A stretch of 36,339 nt of DNA from a virus (IMGVR_UViG_3300048599_000813:1-36339), one strand, 5' to 3'; counted from the stretch's first letter, positions 7,929-17,432 are shown. Notes: generated by a model from the letters alone, not told the origin. Numbers and translations: made by a program.

Positions 7929-9923
7929 TCAGGCGAACCGAAGTCCGTTGTCGACGCTGGCGTCCAGCAGACGCTTGGTGTTGCGAGCGGTCTGCTCGGT
8001 GGCGCTGGCGGTGCGCTCGGCGGCGTCGCCGCCCGTGCCCAGACCGGAGACGGCCGCCGCACTGAACGTCCCAGTGACGCTGATGCCCTTGCCGATGGCC
8101 GCCCCGAGGCCGGACAGGCGATCCTCGAAGTCGGCCAGCAGATCCCGCTGTGGCCGACCTGGCCCCTTCTCGGCGTCGGCGGCCTCTCGCTTCTTGCGGG
8201 CCTCCTCGATTGCGGCTGCGAGCTTCTGCTTTGCGGCGTCGAGCGCCGCCTGTGACTCGGCGAGCCCCGCTTCCGTGTCCTTGCGCAGGGCCTCCTGCGC
8301 GTTCTCGAAGTCCTGGCCGATCGCGGCCAGCGTCGCTTCGTGCATCGCCGCCGCATCGCGGCGCTGCTGTGCGCGCTGCCCCTCGCGGGCGGTCACGGAC
8401 TGCTGAGCGGCGTTCTCCAACTCGACCAGTCGGGACTCGAGCTGCTGGTCCACCGCCTTCTTGGCAGCTTCAACGTCCAGCCCGTCGTCAAACAGCCCCT
8501 GGATCTCCAGCATCCGCTTGGCGACCCACGACGACGCCTCCTCCCAGATCATCTGGAAGCCCGTGGCGAAGTTGGTCCAGGTCTTGGAAAGGAACGCGGT
8601 GGTCTCGATCCACGCGACCTCGAGGGCGTGGAACACGATCTCCGCGGCCGCGAGCGCGCCGTACCACATGGAGTACGCGGTTGAGACGAAGAACTCCTTC
8701 GCCCCCAGCCACGCCTTGTTGAGCGCCGCGACGCCCTGCTGCCAGATGACCTTGAGCGACAGCCACAGGATCTCAGCTGCGAGTGCGATGTCGCCGGCGG
8801 CAAGAGCATCGGAGATGCCGCCGACCACCTTGCCGACCCAGTCACGCAGCTCGGTGAACTTCTCCGCGAGCCACGACAGGGCCTCGCCACCCGCGCCGGT
8901 GACGACCAACAGCGTGCCTCCGAGCGCCACGATCGCGGCGATCGTCAGGCCGACCGGCGTGAGGATCGCGCCGATGGCGGCCCCGATGAGGCTGAATGCC
9001 GTTCCGATCCCGCCGATGACGGCGGCCACGATGCCGAGCGCCGCTCCGATGCCCGAGATGATGTAGCCCAGGCCGACGATCGCGATCCCCGCGACGGCGA
9101 CCGCCGCCGCAACCTTGAGCGCCCAGACCACCGTTTCCTTGTTGGCCTTCACCCACGCCGTGGCGCTCACGACGATCCGCGTGATCCGCTCGGTCAGGTC
9201 CTTGATCGTCGGGGCGAGCGCCCCGCCAATCGTGAAGACACCCTGCTTGAGGACCTTCCAGAGCGTGCCGAGGGCATCGTTGAGTTCGGCGGCATCGCGG
9301 GCGGTCTCAGTGCTGACGGTGAGCCCGAGCTTGCGGGCCTGCTCCTGCATCTCGTTGATGCCTGCGGCCCCGTCGGCCATGAGCGGCAGGAGCTTCGTCC
9401 CCGCCTTGCCGAAGAGCTCCATAGCCATCGCCGCGCGGGCTGCGGGATCCTGGATGCGGGAGATGCGATCGGCCAGGAGCTTGAACTGCTCGTCGGGGGA
9501 GAGCTTGGCCAGGTCCTGCACCGTCAGCCCGAGCCGCGCGAGAGCCTCGTTCGCCCCCTTGGAGCCTTGCGACGCCTCCGTAAGCGTCTTCTGCATGACG
9601 CGGAGGCCGTTCTCCAGCGTCTCCATGTCCGTGCCGGAGAGGTCGGCCGCGTAACCGAGCTCGCTGAGGGCCTCGACACTCACGCCCGTGCGGGCGCTCA
9701 TCTTGTCGAGCGCATCGCCGGAGTCGGAGAAGGCCTTCGCGGTGCCGAGCAGCGCGGTGATCGCCGCGACGCCGATGCCCGCCATTTTGGTGCCGATAGA
9801 CCGAAGCCCCTCGCCGAAGGCTTCGAGCTTCTTCTGGGCTGCCTTCAGCCCGGCCGACAGCTTGTCGCTGACGCCCAGCTCCACGAAGGCTCGGCCTGCT
9901 CGGATGCCACGGGTGTCGGCCAC
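7929..9923 (-). CDS. Phage tail tape measure protein
   Basis: 664-aa Ala/Gly-rich helical protein; N-terminal IRAGRAFVEL, AMELFGKAG..LLP core and a hydrophobic central segment. Confidence 0.9.
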   Translation of the reverse strand: MADTRGIRAGRAFVELGVSDKLSAGLKAAQKKLEAFGEGLRSIGTKMAGIGVAAITALLGTAKAFSDSGDALDKMSARTGVSVEALSELGYAADLSGTDMETLENGLRVMQKTLTEASQGSKGANEALARLGLTVQDLAKLSPDEQFKLLADRISRIQDPAARAAMAMELFGKAGTKLLPLMADGAAGINEMQEQARKLGLTVSTETARDAAELNDALGTLWKVLKQGVFTIGGALAPTIKDLTERITRIVVSATAWVKANKETVVWALKVAAAVAVAGIAIVGLGYIISGIGAALGIVAAVIGGIGTAFSLIGAAIGAILTPVGLTIAAIVALGGTLLVVTGAGGEALSWLAEKFTELRDWVGKVVGGISDALAAGDIALAAEILWLSLKVIWQQGVAALNKAWLGAKEFFVSTAYSMWYGALAAAEIVFHALEVAWIETTAFLSKTWTNFATGFQMIWEEASSWVAKRMLEIQGLFDDGLDVEAAKKAVDQQLESRLVELENAAQQSVTAREGQRAQQRRDAAAMHEATLAAIGQDFENAQEALRKDTEAGLAESQAALDAAKQKLAAAIEEARKKREAADAEKGPGRPQRDLLADFEDRLSGLGAAIGKGISVTGTFSAAAVSGLGTGGDAAERTASATEQTARNTKRLLDASVDNGLRFA

Positions 9924-9929
9924 GGTGAT

Positions 9930-10376
9930 TCAGCCCTTCCTGACGGAGTTCCGCCACAACAGCGGCAGCTTCGGCCGCTCCTTCTCCAGCGCCGGGGCCA
10001 TGTACGGCCGCGGCGCGATCTTGACCTTCTGCGAGGTGAGCTTGCCGCCCCGCCCCCCCAACCTGCGGAACACGACGGTGTCGCCGCCGTACTCGAGGAC
10101 ACTGGGCGCGTCACTCTTCTTGAATCCCACCGGCCCGACGACCACCGAGTCGTTGGGCTTGTCGTACCCGAAGAGGATCAGCCGACGCAGGCTGCCCTCG
10201 TGCGAATGGGGTGGGGCCCCGGGAGGAGCCGACCCCTTGCGTTTGCGGATGCTCGTCTTCGCTGCCGTGCGGATGAACGCGCCGGCCTTACTGAGCACCT
10301 TCCGCTTGGCGTTGTCGACCGCCGCCATGACGACGTGGCGGTCGAAGAACATGTCCTTGATCCGCATGGTGATCAC
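9930..10376 (-). CDS. Neck / tail-completion protein (HK97 gp10-like)
   Basis: Basic protein with S.PG.PP..H.GSL, LEYGG and IAPRPYMAPALE motifs; GTG overlaps the upstream stop. Confidence 0.7.
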   Translation of the reverse strand: MITMRIKDMFFDRHVVMAAVDNAKRKVLSKAGAFIRTAAKTSIRKRKGSAPPGAPPHSHEGSLRRLILFGYDKPNDSVVVGPVGFKKSDAPSVLEYGGDTVVFRRLGGRGGKLTSQKVKIAPRPYMAPALEKERPKLPLLWRNSVRKG

Positions 10377-10867
10377 GCGCCGCTGCTCCCAGCGTTCCCG
10401 ACCTGACCACCGCCGGTGCCGGCGATGGTGCTGCCCTTCTCCAGGCCCTTGTTGAACGAAGCCTCCTTCTCCTTGCGGAGACGGCCGGACCCGATGAACA
10501 GCCCGACGATGCCGGTGAGCGCGGGCAGCGCCGGCCCGAGCACGGGCAGGCCCGCGACGGTCGGGCCCACGGTGTCGAGGGCCGAGAGCGTGAGTTGGCC
10601 GAGCAGCCCTCGGATCTCGCCGGCCTTCTCGATGTTGCCTTTCCATTGCGCCCCGGTCGTCTGCGTGAGGTTGAACCAGTTCTGGTACTCAACCTCGGCC
10701 TCGTTGAGGCTCAGCGTCGACGGCAGGCCGGTGGTCTGCTGGATCGTGTTGGGCGTCTTGACCTTGACGATGTCGCCAAGGTCGAGGCCGGTGCATGACG
10801 CGAGCACGAGCGCCAGCAGGATCAGAGCACCGATGTAGACGTAGTGGCGGGTCGAAAGGCTCTTCAT
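10373..10867 (-). CDS. Lipoprotein with a C-terminal hydrophobic segment (possible spanin)
   Basis: Signal peptide ending in lipobox LASC; C-terminal hydrophobic stretch followed by RLRKEK. Confidence 0.65.
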   Translation of the reverse strand: MKSLSTRHYVYIGALILLALVLASCTGLDLGDIVKVKTPNTIQQTTGLPSTLSLNEAEVEYQNWFNLTQTTGAQWKGNIEKAGEIRGLLGQLTLSALDTVGPTVAGLPVLGPALPALTGIVGLFIGSGRLRKEKEASFNKGLEKGSTIAGTGGGQVGNAGSSGA

Positions 10868-11085
10868 GCGCGAGTCTCCTTGGCGACCTCCGGCATGCGG
10901 CGGTCGATGAACACGTCTTTGAGGACCGACACGTCAACCTTGACGGGTCGCTGGGGCTTGTTGAAGGGGTCGAAGTCGGCGGGTTTGAGCAGGCGGGATC
11001 GCTTGGGATCGCGGGCGGTGTTCGCCACCACGGACATGACAGCGGCGGCGATCGACCAGTCGTGGCGCTGGCGACCGTCGAGCAT
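10864..11085 (-). CDS. Tail assembly chaperone C-terminal part (gpT-like), probably reached by frameshift
   Basis: The frame stays open upstream of the ATG and encodes VWEFIYQCAGALGIDPGPLTLREL in the -1 frame, overlapping the end of the upstream chaperone. Confidence 0.65.
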   Translation of the reverse strand: MLDGRQRHDWSIAAAVMSVVANTARDPKRSRLLKPADFDPFNKPQRPVKVDVSVLKDVFIDRRMPEVAKETRA

Positions 11086-11105
11086 GGCGACCAGTTCCCG
11101 CAGCG

Positions 11106-11627
11106 TCAGGGGCCCGGGGTCGATGCCAAGGGCTCCGGCACACTGGTAGATGAACTCCCAGACGTCTGCGGCTCTTGGAGCAATGGGACCATCCGGTTCA
11201 CGAGCTTGTCCAGCTCGCTCTCGCTGGTCAGCGTCTGGATCCGCTTCTCCGTCAGGTCGCGGGCCTTGTCCAGCACGCGGTTGGTGGCCTGGAGCACCCG
11301 CCCGAGGTTGGCCCGGTCCCTCGGGCTCGGGCAGAAACTGATGAGTTCATCCAGCACCGCCTGCGTAGCGGCTTCGATGGCGTCGCCCGCCATCGACTTG
11401 CCGAACTCCTCGTCCGAGACCCGGGGGGTGGCCGCATCCGCCTCGGGCTTGCAGACGGCGTAGACCACATCGCACAGCAGCACTGGGTCGCGGATGAGCT
11501 GCTCGATGAGCGTCCCCTCGATGACCTGCATGAGGTCGACGCCCGTGAGCCCGCGCACGCGCTTGAGCGTGGCGACGTTGATGTCCACCGTCCAGGTCCG
11601 ACCCGCGTTGTCCTTGAACTGCCGCAT
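11106..11627 (-). CDS. Tail assembly chaperone (gpG-like)
   Basis: 173-aa ORF directly after the tail tube gene, GGAGG RBS, low-complexity Ser/Thr/Pro C-terminus overlapping the next frame. Confidence 0.7.
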   Translation of the reverse strand: MRQFKDNAGRTWTVDINVATLKRVRGLTGVDLMQVIEGTLIEQLIRDPVLLCDVVYAVCKPEADAATPRVSDEEFGKSMAGDAIEAATQAVLDELISFCPSPRDRANLGRVLQATNRVLDKARDLTEKRIQTLTSESELDKLVNRMVPLLQEPQTSGSSSTSVPEPLASTPGP

Positions 11628-11641
11628 CCGTGCCTCCGTCC

Positions 11642-12070
11642 TTAGCTGCCGATCCATGAGGGCGCTGTGGTCGAATACGTCACCTTCGCCGTCACCGACA
11701 CCGTGATGGCCTCCTCGAGGGCCTCGCTGCGGCTGAAGTTGGTGATCGAGAAGTCCGCCTGCAGGCCCTGGCCCGCGGCCGCGTCGAGGATCTGCAGGCC
11801 GATGGGGTCGTTGTTGAAGAAGGCGTTCTTGATGGCGGTGAACCCGGCATCGCCGGTGTCCCAGACCATCTCGAACTCGACGCTCGCCTCCTTGAGCGTG
11901 GCGACCGTCGCCCGCCAGCCGTTGTTGGCTCGCGTGGTGACGTCCGCCTCGCCCGCTTCCAGGTTGAGCGTCACGTCCCGCGTGTTGCCCAGCGCCGTCC
12001 ACGCACCCGCGCCGCCCTGACCGCCGACCTTGTACTTGAGGGCGGCCTCCATGCCGAGCTTGATTGCCAT
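11642..12070 (-). CDS. Major tail tube protein
   Basis: 142 aa; W..LGN.RDVTLNLE.GEADVTTR..GW, ITNFSRSE.LEEAITVSVT pattern; AAGGAG RBS. Confidence 0.8.
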   Translation of the reverse strand: MAIKLGMEAALKYKVGGQGGAGAWTALGNTRDVTLNLEAGEADVTTRANNGWRATVATLKEASVEFEMVWDTGDAGFTAIKNAFFNNDPIGLQILDAAAGQGLQADFSITNFSRSEALEEAITVSVTAKVTYSTTAPSWIGS

Positions 12071-12082
12071 CGCTGACTCCTT

Positions 12083-12340
12083 TCACTCGGCGCTGTGGCC
12101 GACCACAAAGACCATCTCGCCGCCCTTGCTCTTGACCAGAATGTCTGCCAGGTTCACCCGCTCGAAGTAGTACTGCGTGCCCGGGGCGACCTCGATGGGG
12201 TCGGTCTTCCCGTCCGAGAGCAGCAGGTCCTGCGTGTTCTTGTGCGACGCGGTGAGCGTGAAGGTGGCGATGGTCTTCTGGGTCGCCAGCGGCTTGAGCT
12301 CGTCGGTCATTGCCACGCCGAAGATGATCGTGTTGCGCAT
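12083..12340 (-). CDS. Hypothetical 85-aa protein in the tail operon
   Basis: ATG with GGAGG RBS; fills the gap between connector and tail tube genes. Confidence 0.65.
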   Translation of the reverse strand: MRNTIIFGVAMTDELKPLATQKTIATFTLTASHKNTQDLLLSDGKTDPIEVAPGTQYYFERVNLADILVKSKGGEMVFVVGHSAE

Positions 12341-12342
12341 GG

Positions 12343-12774
12343 CTACCTCCGCTCCCGGTAGGTGACGCTCAGGACGCTGGTGAACACCCGGTGCTGCTCG
12401 AGCGCTTCGCTCGACACAACCGGCTCGTTGCTGACCCCGACCCAAGCCGCGTCGGGGAAGCCCTCCAGCCGTTTGAACCGCAGGTGATCCGCGATCGCCT
12501 CCACCAGCGCGAGCAGCTCATCGATCGCCGCGTCCGCCCCGTCGGCAGGGAGCTTCTTCTGCACGCCGACATCGATGACGTACTCGAACGCCAGGCTGTC
12601 CCGCGTCACCGGCGACATCTGCAGCGTGCGGGGAACCACCGAGACCCGCAGGTCCTTGAGGTCCTCCAGCGTGAATGCGGGCTGGTACATCCGGACGGCC
12701 GTGACAGGCTGTCCGTAGGACCCGGCGCTCACGTGCGCCGCGACGGCGTCGGCGAGGGCGGCGATCGTGCTCAC
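12343..12774 (-). CDS. Putative tail terminator protein
   Basis: 143 aa, positioned before the tail tube; IDVGVQKK and terminal FTSVLSVTY strand; GTGA overlap. Confidence 0.6.
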   Translation of the reverse strand: MSTIAALADAVAAHVSAGSYGQPVTAVRMYQPAFTLEDLKDLRVSVVPRTLQMSPVTRDSLAFEYVIDVGVQKKLPADGADAAIDELLALVEAIADHLRFKRLEGFPDAAWVGVSNEPVVSSEALEQHRVFTSVLSVTYRERR

Positions 12775-13079
12775 GGCCCACCTCCGATCACCGGGGAGCC
12801 CGTGGTTGGCACATTCTGGCGCGGAGAGTTGGACGTCAGTCCGGACAGCTTGCCTTCGAGGAACCAGATCTTGCGTTCCATCTCGGCGTACTGGGCGCGG
12901 ATCGCGTGGGCCTCGCCGATGAACTCGTCGAGCCGCTTCTCCACCTGCTGGAGCTTGGTGGTGACCACGCCCCATTGGACGGTCATCGCGCCCGCCGCAA
13001 GCACGACCGTGACGACCACGCCGGCCCAACGGGCGCTGCCGTTCTGTCCGTTGGAGTTGTTGCCTGAGTCCGCCATCAC
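12771..13079 (-). CDS. Single-TM coiled-coil protein (possible lysis accessory protein)
   Basis: WAGVVVTVVLAAGAMTV TM segment followed by a heptad-like helix; overlaps both neighbours. Confidence 0.6.
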   Translation of the reverse strand: MMADSGNNSNGQNGSARWAGVVVTVVLAAGAMTVQWGVVTTKLQQVEKRLDEFIGEAHAIRAQYAEMERKIWFLEGKLSGLTSNSPRQNVPTTGSPVIGGGP

Positions 13080-13456
13080 GTCTCCGTGCCGATGTGCTTG
13101 GTGTGAATCCGAAGAACCCTGCGGTACGGGTCGCTGTAGCGCCAGGGCGGTTGTCCACCGGGGGCGTTGACCTCGTACACGAACACTGCCGTCCCGACCG
13201 TCTCACGCACCTGGTCGCCCGCCTGCGGGAGGATCGGGCCATCGCCCAGATCCAGGTCCGCGGCCCGCACCAGGAAGTCCCGCGACTCCACGCGGTGAAT
13301 GAGCCCCGCCTCATCAGCCTGCTCGAACTCGGTCTTGCCGATGGTGGTCTGGACTTCCTTCTCGTCCGTGCCACGCCGGTAGACGACCGGGCGCGAGAGG
13401 TGCTGGTGCCGCTGGGCGTCGAGGAACGCCGCGCCGCGATTGAGCAGGTCGCCCAC
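13076..13456 (-). CDS. Head-closure / head-tail joining protein
   Basis: 126 aa after DUF2190; RDFLV, P.AGD.V and W.YSD...R..LRIH pattern; AAGGAG RBS. Confidence 0.7.
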   Translation of the reverse strand: MGDLLNRGAAFLDAQRHQHLSRPVVYRRGTDEKEVQTTIGKTEFEQADEAGLIHRVESRDFLVRAADLDLGDGPILPQAGDQVRETVGTAVFVYEVNAPGGQPPWRYSDPYRRVLRIHTKHIGTET

Positions 13457-13474
13457 GGGTGGCTCCTTGGGGGG

Positions 13475-13948
13475 TTACTGCTGCAGCCGCACGCGAACGA
13501 TGGTGTCGGCGTCGACGGTGGCCTTCACCGCCTTGCCGATCAGTTTGTTCGCGCCGGCGGCCGCGTTCTTGGTGGCGTTCTGGGCGGCGGCATCCCAGTA
13601 GGTGAGCGTGCCCGCGGGGATGGCGCTGCCCGCGCCGACCGCCTTGTTGAAGTCGAAGACGCCGGTCACGGCGATCGACCCCAACTGCCCCGCCTTGATC
13701 GGTGCCTGCGCCACGCCGATGAGATCGGCCTGCACGATCACCGCGCCGACGAGCACATCCGCACCCGGGGTGTAGTCGAGCGAGCCGCCTTCCTGAACGA
13801 ACTTTGCTGGTCCCGAAGCCATGCCTGAACCTCCATCTGTTGGTGGGCCACCGGTGTCGATGCCCGATTGCTGATCGATGCCGCTCTGAAGGTCGCCGGG
13901 GAGCTCTTCGCCGAGCCCCCCAGCGCCTGTGCTGACCTGCCCGGGCAT
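13475..13948 (-). CDS. DUF2190-family capsid cement/decoration protein (second likely start at 13822)
   Basis: FVQEG..LDYTP, G.VIV...LIGVA, G.I.VTGVF, YWD and VRVRL motifs; follows the capsid gene. Confidence 0.85.
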   Translation of the reverse strand: MPGQVSTGAGGLGEELPGDLQSGIDQQSGIDTGGPPTDGGSGMASGPAKFVQEGGSLDYTPGADVLVGAVIVQADLIGVAQAPIKAGQLGSIAVTGVFDFNKAVGAGSAIPAGTLTYWDAAAQNATKNAAAGANKLIGKAVKATVDADTIVRVRLQQ

Positions 13949-13951
13949 GGC

Positions 13952-15895
13952 TTACACCTCGCCCTTGCTCTTGACGCCGCCACGCGGGTCCTGCAGGTTG
14001 ACGCCAAAGTCGTGGTACCCACGCATCCGGATGCCGAGCATGTTGAAGTCGGCTTCCGAGCTCTCGACCGTCGGGGCTTCCTTGCCGTCGAGGAACGCGA
14101 CCTCGATCACCGGCAGGTCGTTGGGGTCCGCGAGGAGGTACCACGCCTTGGCGGAGTTGCCGGTGTAGATGGCGTTAGCCAGGTAGCGGCTGACCTCGAT
14201 GCGGAACTTGCCCTGGTGTGGGTTGGCAATCGGGAACTTGGTGTTCGCGGTGGTGTCCCGGAGCTCGACGCTCTTGTAGAGCTGCGTGCCCATGGCCGAG
14301 AGCGCCGTCGGCACCAGCATGATCGACGGCATCACGCCCGTGGGCTTGCCATCGGAGTCCACCAGGTCCATGAACGCCTGCTCGACCTTGGTCAGACCAT
14401 CGATGCCGAGCGCCGTGTCCGCGCCGGTGACGAAGTTCTTGTTGCCGGCGCTGAAGAACGCCGCGTTGTTCAGGAACGCCGTCCAGAAGACGTCGTTGAT
14501 CTTCAGGCCCGAGCCCCGGCCGAGCTTGCGGGGCACCGTGGTGATCGCGCCGAGGTCATCGTTGATGATGTCGCGGCGATCGATCGACAGCATCAGGGCG
14601 TAGGTGCTGGCCTTGTTGGTGTAGGTCTCTTCGCCGAGCGTGCCGTGCTTGATCTCGCCACCCGCGCCGATCTCCTCGTATTGGTCCTTGCCGATGAGGC
14701 GGTAGCTGGTGACCGTCTTGAAGTCGTTGACGTTGCGGACCGCGCAGATGTTCCGCCACACGCGCTCGACCGAGAAGAACCCCTCGAGCAGGAACTTGTT
14801 GGCGACATTCGACAGGATGCCGCCGACATCGATGGTGGTCATGCCCGCCTCAATCCCGCGACCGAAGGCGGCTTCGAGCACGCGGCGGCTGTCACGGAAC
14901 GTGCGGCCCGTGTAGCCGTTGGCGATCGCGGCCTCGAAGAGGAGTTCCTGCAGGCCTAGGCCGCCATTGAAGCGCTTGGCGGCGACGTCCATTGCTTGCT
15001 CCGAGCAGACCTTCTCGATGCCTTCGAGCTTGGCGCTCTGGAAGCACGCGGCCTCCAGCACCTCGGTGGTCACGCTCGTGTCCGGAGTCTGGACGAACGG
15101 GATCTTGGGGCGGCTGGCACGGAGCACTTCGAGCTCGGTGCGGGTCGCGTCCCAGCCGTCACGGATTGCCTGGGCCTCGATGCTCGTGTGCTTGCCGCCG
15201 CAGACCTTGCGGATCGCGTCGATGCGGGCCGTCTCGGCCAGCGCCGCGGCGCGGATCTGCTCGGGCGTCTGCTCGGTGCCAGTGACGGGGGCGTTCGCGG
15301 AGGGAGACGGAGTGGGATTGGAATCGTCGGCCATGACGTTGGGCTCCTTGTGAAGACGCGCGGCGATGCTCGCGCTGGTGCGGCCGTCTGCGCCGAGATC
15401 CACGAAACTGATCTCGCCGAGCGTGGCCTTGCGGACGACGTTCACCGGGCCGGTGATCTCCTGGCCGTTGACCGTCGCCTTCTGGTTGTCCTTGATGAAC
15501 TCGAACTCCTCGACGCTCGCGCCGACGGAGGCCTGCCAGGGGAATCCGTTCCGGCTGGAGGCGACGACTTCCTTGGCGGCGGGCGTGTCGCGGGAGATGA
15601 CCCCAGTCGCGACGAGCTGACCGGCCTCCACGCGGATCGCGTCAGTGTGGCCGACGCCCGAGAGCGGGTCGTGCCCGAAGCGGATGGGGCGTGCCTGCGA
15701 CGGTACAGCCAGGCCCTCGAGATCGATCACGACCGGGGCGCGCCACCCCGCGACGCGCATCGCGCCGCCGGTGTACGCGACCATCTTGAACCGGGGCAGC
15801 GGCGCGCTCTGACCGTCCGCCGCGGCGGAGAAGGTGATGTCCGCCGTCGCGGTGAACGTGAGCGCGGGGAGGATCTTCATGGAGTCAGTTGGCAC
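13952..15895 (-). CDS. Prohead protease / scaffold / major capsid fusion protein
   Basis: N-terminal AYTGG...H...GFPWQASVG...EISFV.LGAD protease-like domain; C-terminal Mu gpT-like capsid (GEIKHG, IINDDLGA, IEVAFLDG); GTG 15895 with GAGGAG RBS. Confidence 0.88.
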   Translation of the reverse strand: MPTDSMKILPALTFTATADITFSAAADGQSAPLPRFKMVAYTGGAMRVAGWRAPVVIDLEGLAVPSQARPIRFGHDPLSGVGHTDAIRVEAGQLVATGVISRDTPAAKEVVASSRNGFPWQASVGASVEEFEFIKDNQKATVNGQEITGPVNVVRKATLGEISFVDLGADGRTSASIAARLHKEPNVMADDSNPTPSPSANAPVTGTEQTPEQIRAAALAETARIDAIRKVCGGKHTSIEAQAIRDGWDATRTELEVLRASRPKIPFVQTPDTSVTTEVLEAACFQSAKLEGIEKVCSEQAMDVAAKRFNGGLGLQELLFEAAIANGYTGRTFRDSRRVLEAAFGRGIEAGMTTIDVGGILSNVANKFLLEGFFSVERVWRNICAVRNVNDFKTVTSYRLIGKDQYEEIGAGGEIKHGTLGEETYTNKASTYALMLSIDRRDIINDDLGAITTVPRKLGRGSGLKINDVFWTAFLNNAAFFSAGNKNFVTGADTALGIDGLTKVEQAFMDLVDSDGKPTGVMPSIMLVPTALSAMGTQLYKSVELRDTTANTKFPIANPHQGKFRIEVSRYLANAIYTGNSAKAWYLLADPNDLPVIEVAFLDGKEAPTVESSEADFNMLGIRMRGYHDFGVNLQDPRGGVKSKGEV

Positions 15896-17432
15896 TGGCG
15901 GTCTCCTCGTCAACGGTGTCTGCGGGGTCGGTGTTCTCGGCGGGCGCGTTCGGGGCCGGAGCGGCAGCCGGTGCGGTTGCGAGTGCGAGGCCGAGCTCGT
16001 TCATGAGCGCGAGCTCCTTGGCCCGCTGGCGGAGCTCTTGCTCCCAGTCGCGACCCTGCCGGGCGAACTCGACGGCGAGCGTGGTCGTGTGGTTGGCCAG
16101 TCGCGTGGCCTGTGCGTTGGCTTCCTTGGCGGGATCGACGTGCTCGACGCCATCCCAGAACCACGCGTGCTCCGGGAGCGTGCGTGCGATCGTGCGGAGC
16201 GACTGCGGGAGCAACCCCTCGACCAGCACCGCCTCGTTGAGCCACGCCTTGAGGATGCGGTCGAGCACGGCGAGCTGCATCTGGTGCTGCTCGACGCGGA
16301 TGCTCTTGAAGTACACTTGGTGGTCCAGGCGGCCGCTGGCGTAGTTGTACCCCGAGGAGTTGCCAGCCGCGACGTTGAACGGCATGTTCAGGCAGCGGGC
16401 GATCTCGTTGAGGATCTCGCGCTTGAACTCCCCGAACGTGGTCGTCGGCTGCTCGGCGTGGACCTGCCCGAGCTTCCAGCCTCCGGGGAGCACCGTGGCT
16501 AGGCGCTGCTCGAGTTCGACCTCGTCCATCGGCTCCAGCGGATCGGCCTCGCCGTTGGCCGGCGCGTCGGTGTAGATCACGGCGGCGAAGTTGGCGGCGG
16601 TCTCGGCAGCCGCGATGGTCGCCAATGTGTACCGGCGGAGCTGCGCGAACAGCGGGAGCGCGGGCGTGATGTCGGGGATGCCGCGGAGTTGGCCCGGCCG
16701 ATCGGCCCGGAAGTAGTGCACCACCGCCGCGGCGGGGAGCGTGTCGTACGCCAGCAGATCGTCGGCAGGGGCACGGAGAGCGCTGCTGTCGCCGGGGTGC
16801 CGCTTGAGCACGCGGTACGCGGAGGGGTTGCCCCACTGGTCCAGCAGGATGCCGTCGATCTCATCGCTCCGGCCACGACGGATAAGGGGCGAGCAGACCT
16901 GGTCGGCCTCGATGAGCTTCACGTCGAGCGAGACCTGGGACAGGACTCCGGGGTTGTTCACCAGCAGCGCGAACGCCTCGCCAGTCTCGGCGCGGGCCAT
17001 CCGCATGGTGCGGAGCTTGCCGGGCAGGTCGACCGCCCGGGACCACTGCTCGAACGCGTCCTCGATACGGGCGTTGGCCTCGGCGTCGCCGGTGAGCATC
17101 TGCAGCCGGGGACCGGTGCCGATGGTGTCGTTGGCGAGCGTGAGGACGATGCCCTTGGCGTAACTGTTGTTGGCGACCTCGTAGCGGGCCCGGTTGCGGA
17201 GGACGCGACGGACCTCGGGGTTGATGGCGGCGTTGGGCGACAGGCCATCGGCGTTCGCCCAGTGCTTGCGGTTGTCGGCGGTAGTCTGTGCCGAATCGAA
17301 CTTGGCGACGACCACCCGACGGCCGCCGCGCGACCCACGTCCATGCGAGTCTCGCGACGCCGCCGGGGAGGGAGAGGCGGCGGAGTTACCGCGACCGACT
17401 CGGCTCATGATGTTGGCGATGGCTTTCAGCAT
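15885..17432 (-). CDS. Phage portal protein, lambda family
   Basis: LRNRARYEVANN, GE.F, RPGQLRGIP, NYASGR and HVDPAKEA motifs. Confidence 0.92.
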   Translation of the reverse strand: MLKAIANIMSRVGRGNSAASPSPAASRDSHGRGSRGGRRVVVAKFDSAQTTADNRKHWANADGLSPNAAINPEVRRVLRNRARYEVANNSYAKGIVLTLANDTIGTGPRLQMLTGDAEANARIEDAFEQWSRAVDLPGKLRTMRMARAETGEAFALLVNNPGVLSQVSLDVKLIEADQVCSPLIRRGRSDEIDGILLDQWGNPSAYRVLKRHPGDSSALRAPADDLLAYDTLPAAAVVHYFRADRPGQLRGIPDITPALPLFAQLRRYTLATIAAAETAANFAAVIYTDAPANGEADPLEPMDEVELEQRLATVLPGGWKLGQVHAEQPTTTFGEFKREILNEIARCLNMPFNVAAGNSSGYNYASGRLDHQVYFKSIRVEQHQMQLAVLDRILKAWLNEAVLVEGLLPQSLRTIARTLPEHAWFWDGVEHVDPAKEANAQATRLANHTTTLAVEFARQGRDWEQELRQRAKELALMNELGLALATAPAAAPAPNAPAENTDPADTVDEETASAN

